This document shows positions 63,890 to 64,000 of a stretch of 64,000 nucleotides of DNA, piece after piece. The position numbers and the translations under genes are program-made. The stretch is from NCBI RefSeq assembly GCF_009914755.1, contig NC_060928.1. One strand, given 5' to 3'. The notes beneath the pieces were generated by a model that had not been told where the DNA came from, did no database searches, and was given only the letters and a program-made list of their open reading frames with translations. The DNA is from the human T2T-CHM13v2.0 reference genome, Homo sapiens. Each line of letters begins with the position of its first letter. Position 1 is the stretch's first letter.

Positions 63890-64000
63890 AGGCAGGTTCA
63901 AGCGATTCTCCTGCCTCAGCCTCTCAAGTAGCTGGGATTACAGACACACACCGCCACACCTGGCTAATTTTTGTATTTTTAGTAGAGACGGGGTTTCACC
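63890..64000 (-). mobile_element. Alu fragment (runs off the window end)
   Basis: ggttcaagcgattctcctgcctcagcc...gtagagacggggtttcacc. Confidence 0.85.

Overview
Primate (almost certainly human) genomic DNA, rich in Alu, L1, MIR, L2, MaLR/ERV LTR and MER elements. The only protein-coding content I can support is the last two coding exons of SHROOM3 on the + strand (7327-7599 and 15510-15878). They encode the C-terminal ASD2/SD2 ROCK-binding domain and are followed by a ~4 kb 3' UTR ending near 19.6-19.95 kb. Downstream lies repeat-rich intergenic DNA with two large decayed L1s (23.1-28.4 kb +, 50.7-57.8 kb -) and a CpG-rich promoter/enhancer-like block at ~38.3-40.4 kb. I found no new gene system. 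The most unusual signals are DNA-repair/template-switch scars: (i) a 170-bp piece of unique intron sequence (6067-6236) copied almost perfectly into an L1 7 kb away (13235-13408); (ii) a ~340-bp fold-back inverted duplication in the same L1 around a microsatellite; (iii) a patchwork of micro-duplications at 36.5 kb; (iv) a small inverted insertion in a THE1 LTR. Repeat subfamily names and consensus comparisons are from memory and need RepeatMasker/Dfam confirmation. Repeat boundaries are approximate.
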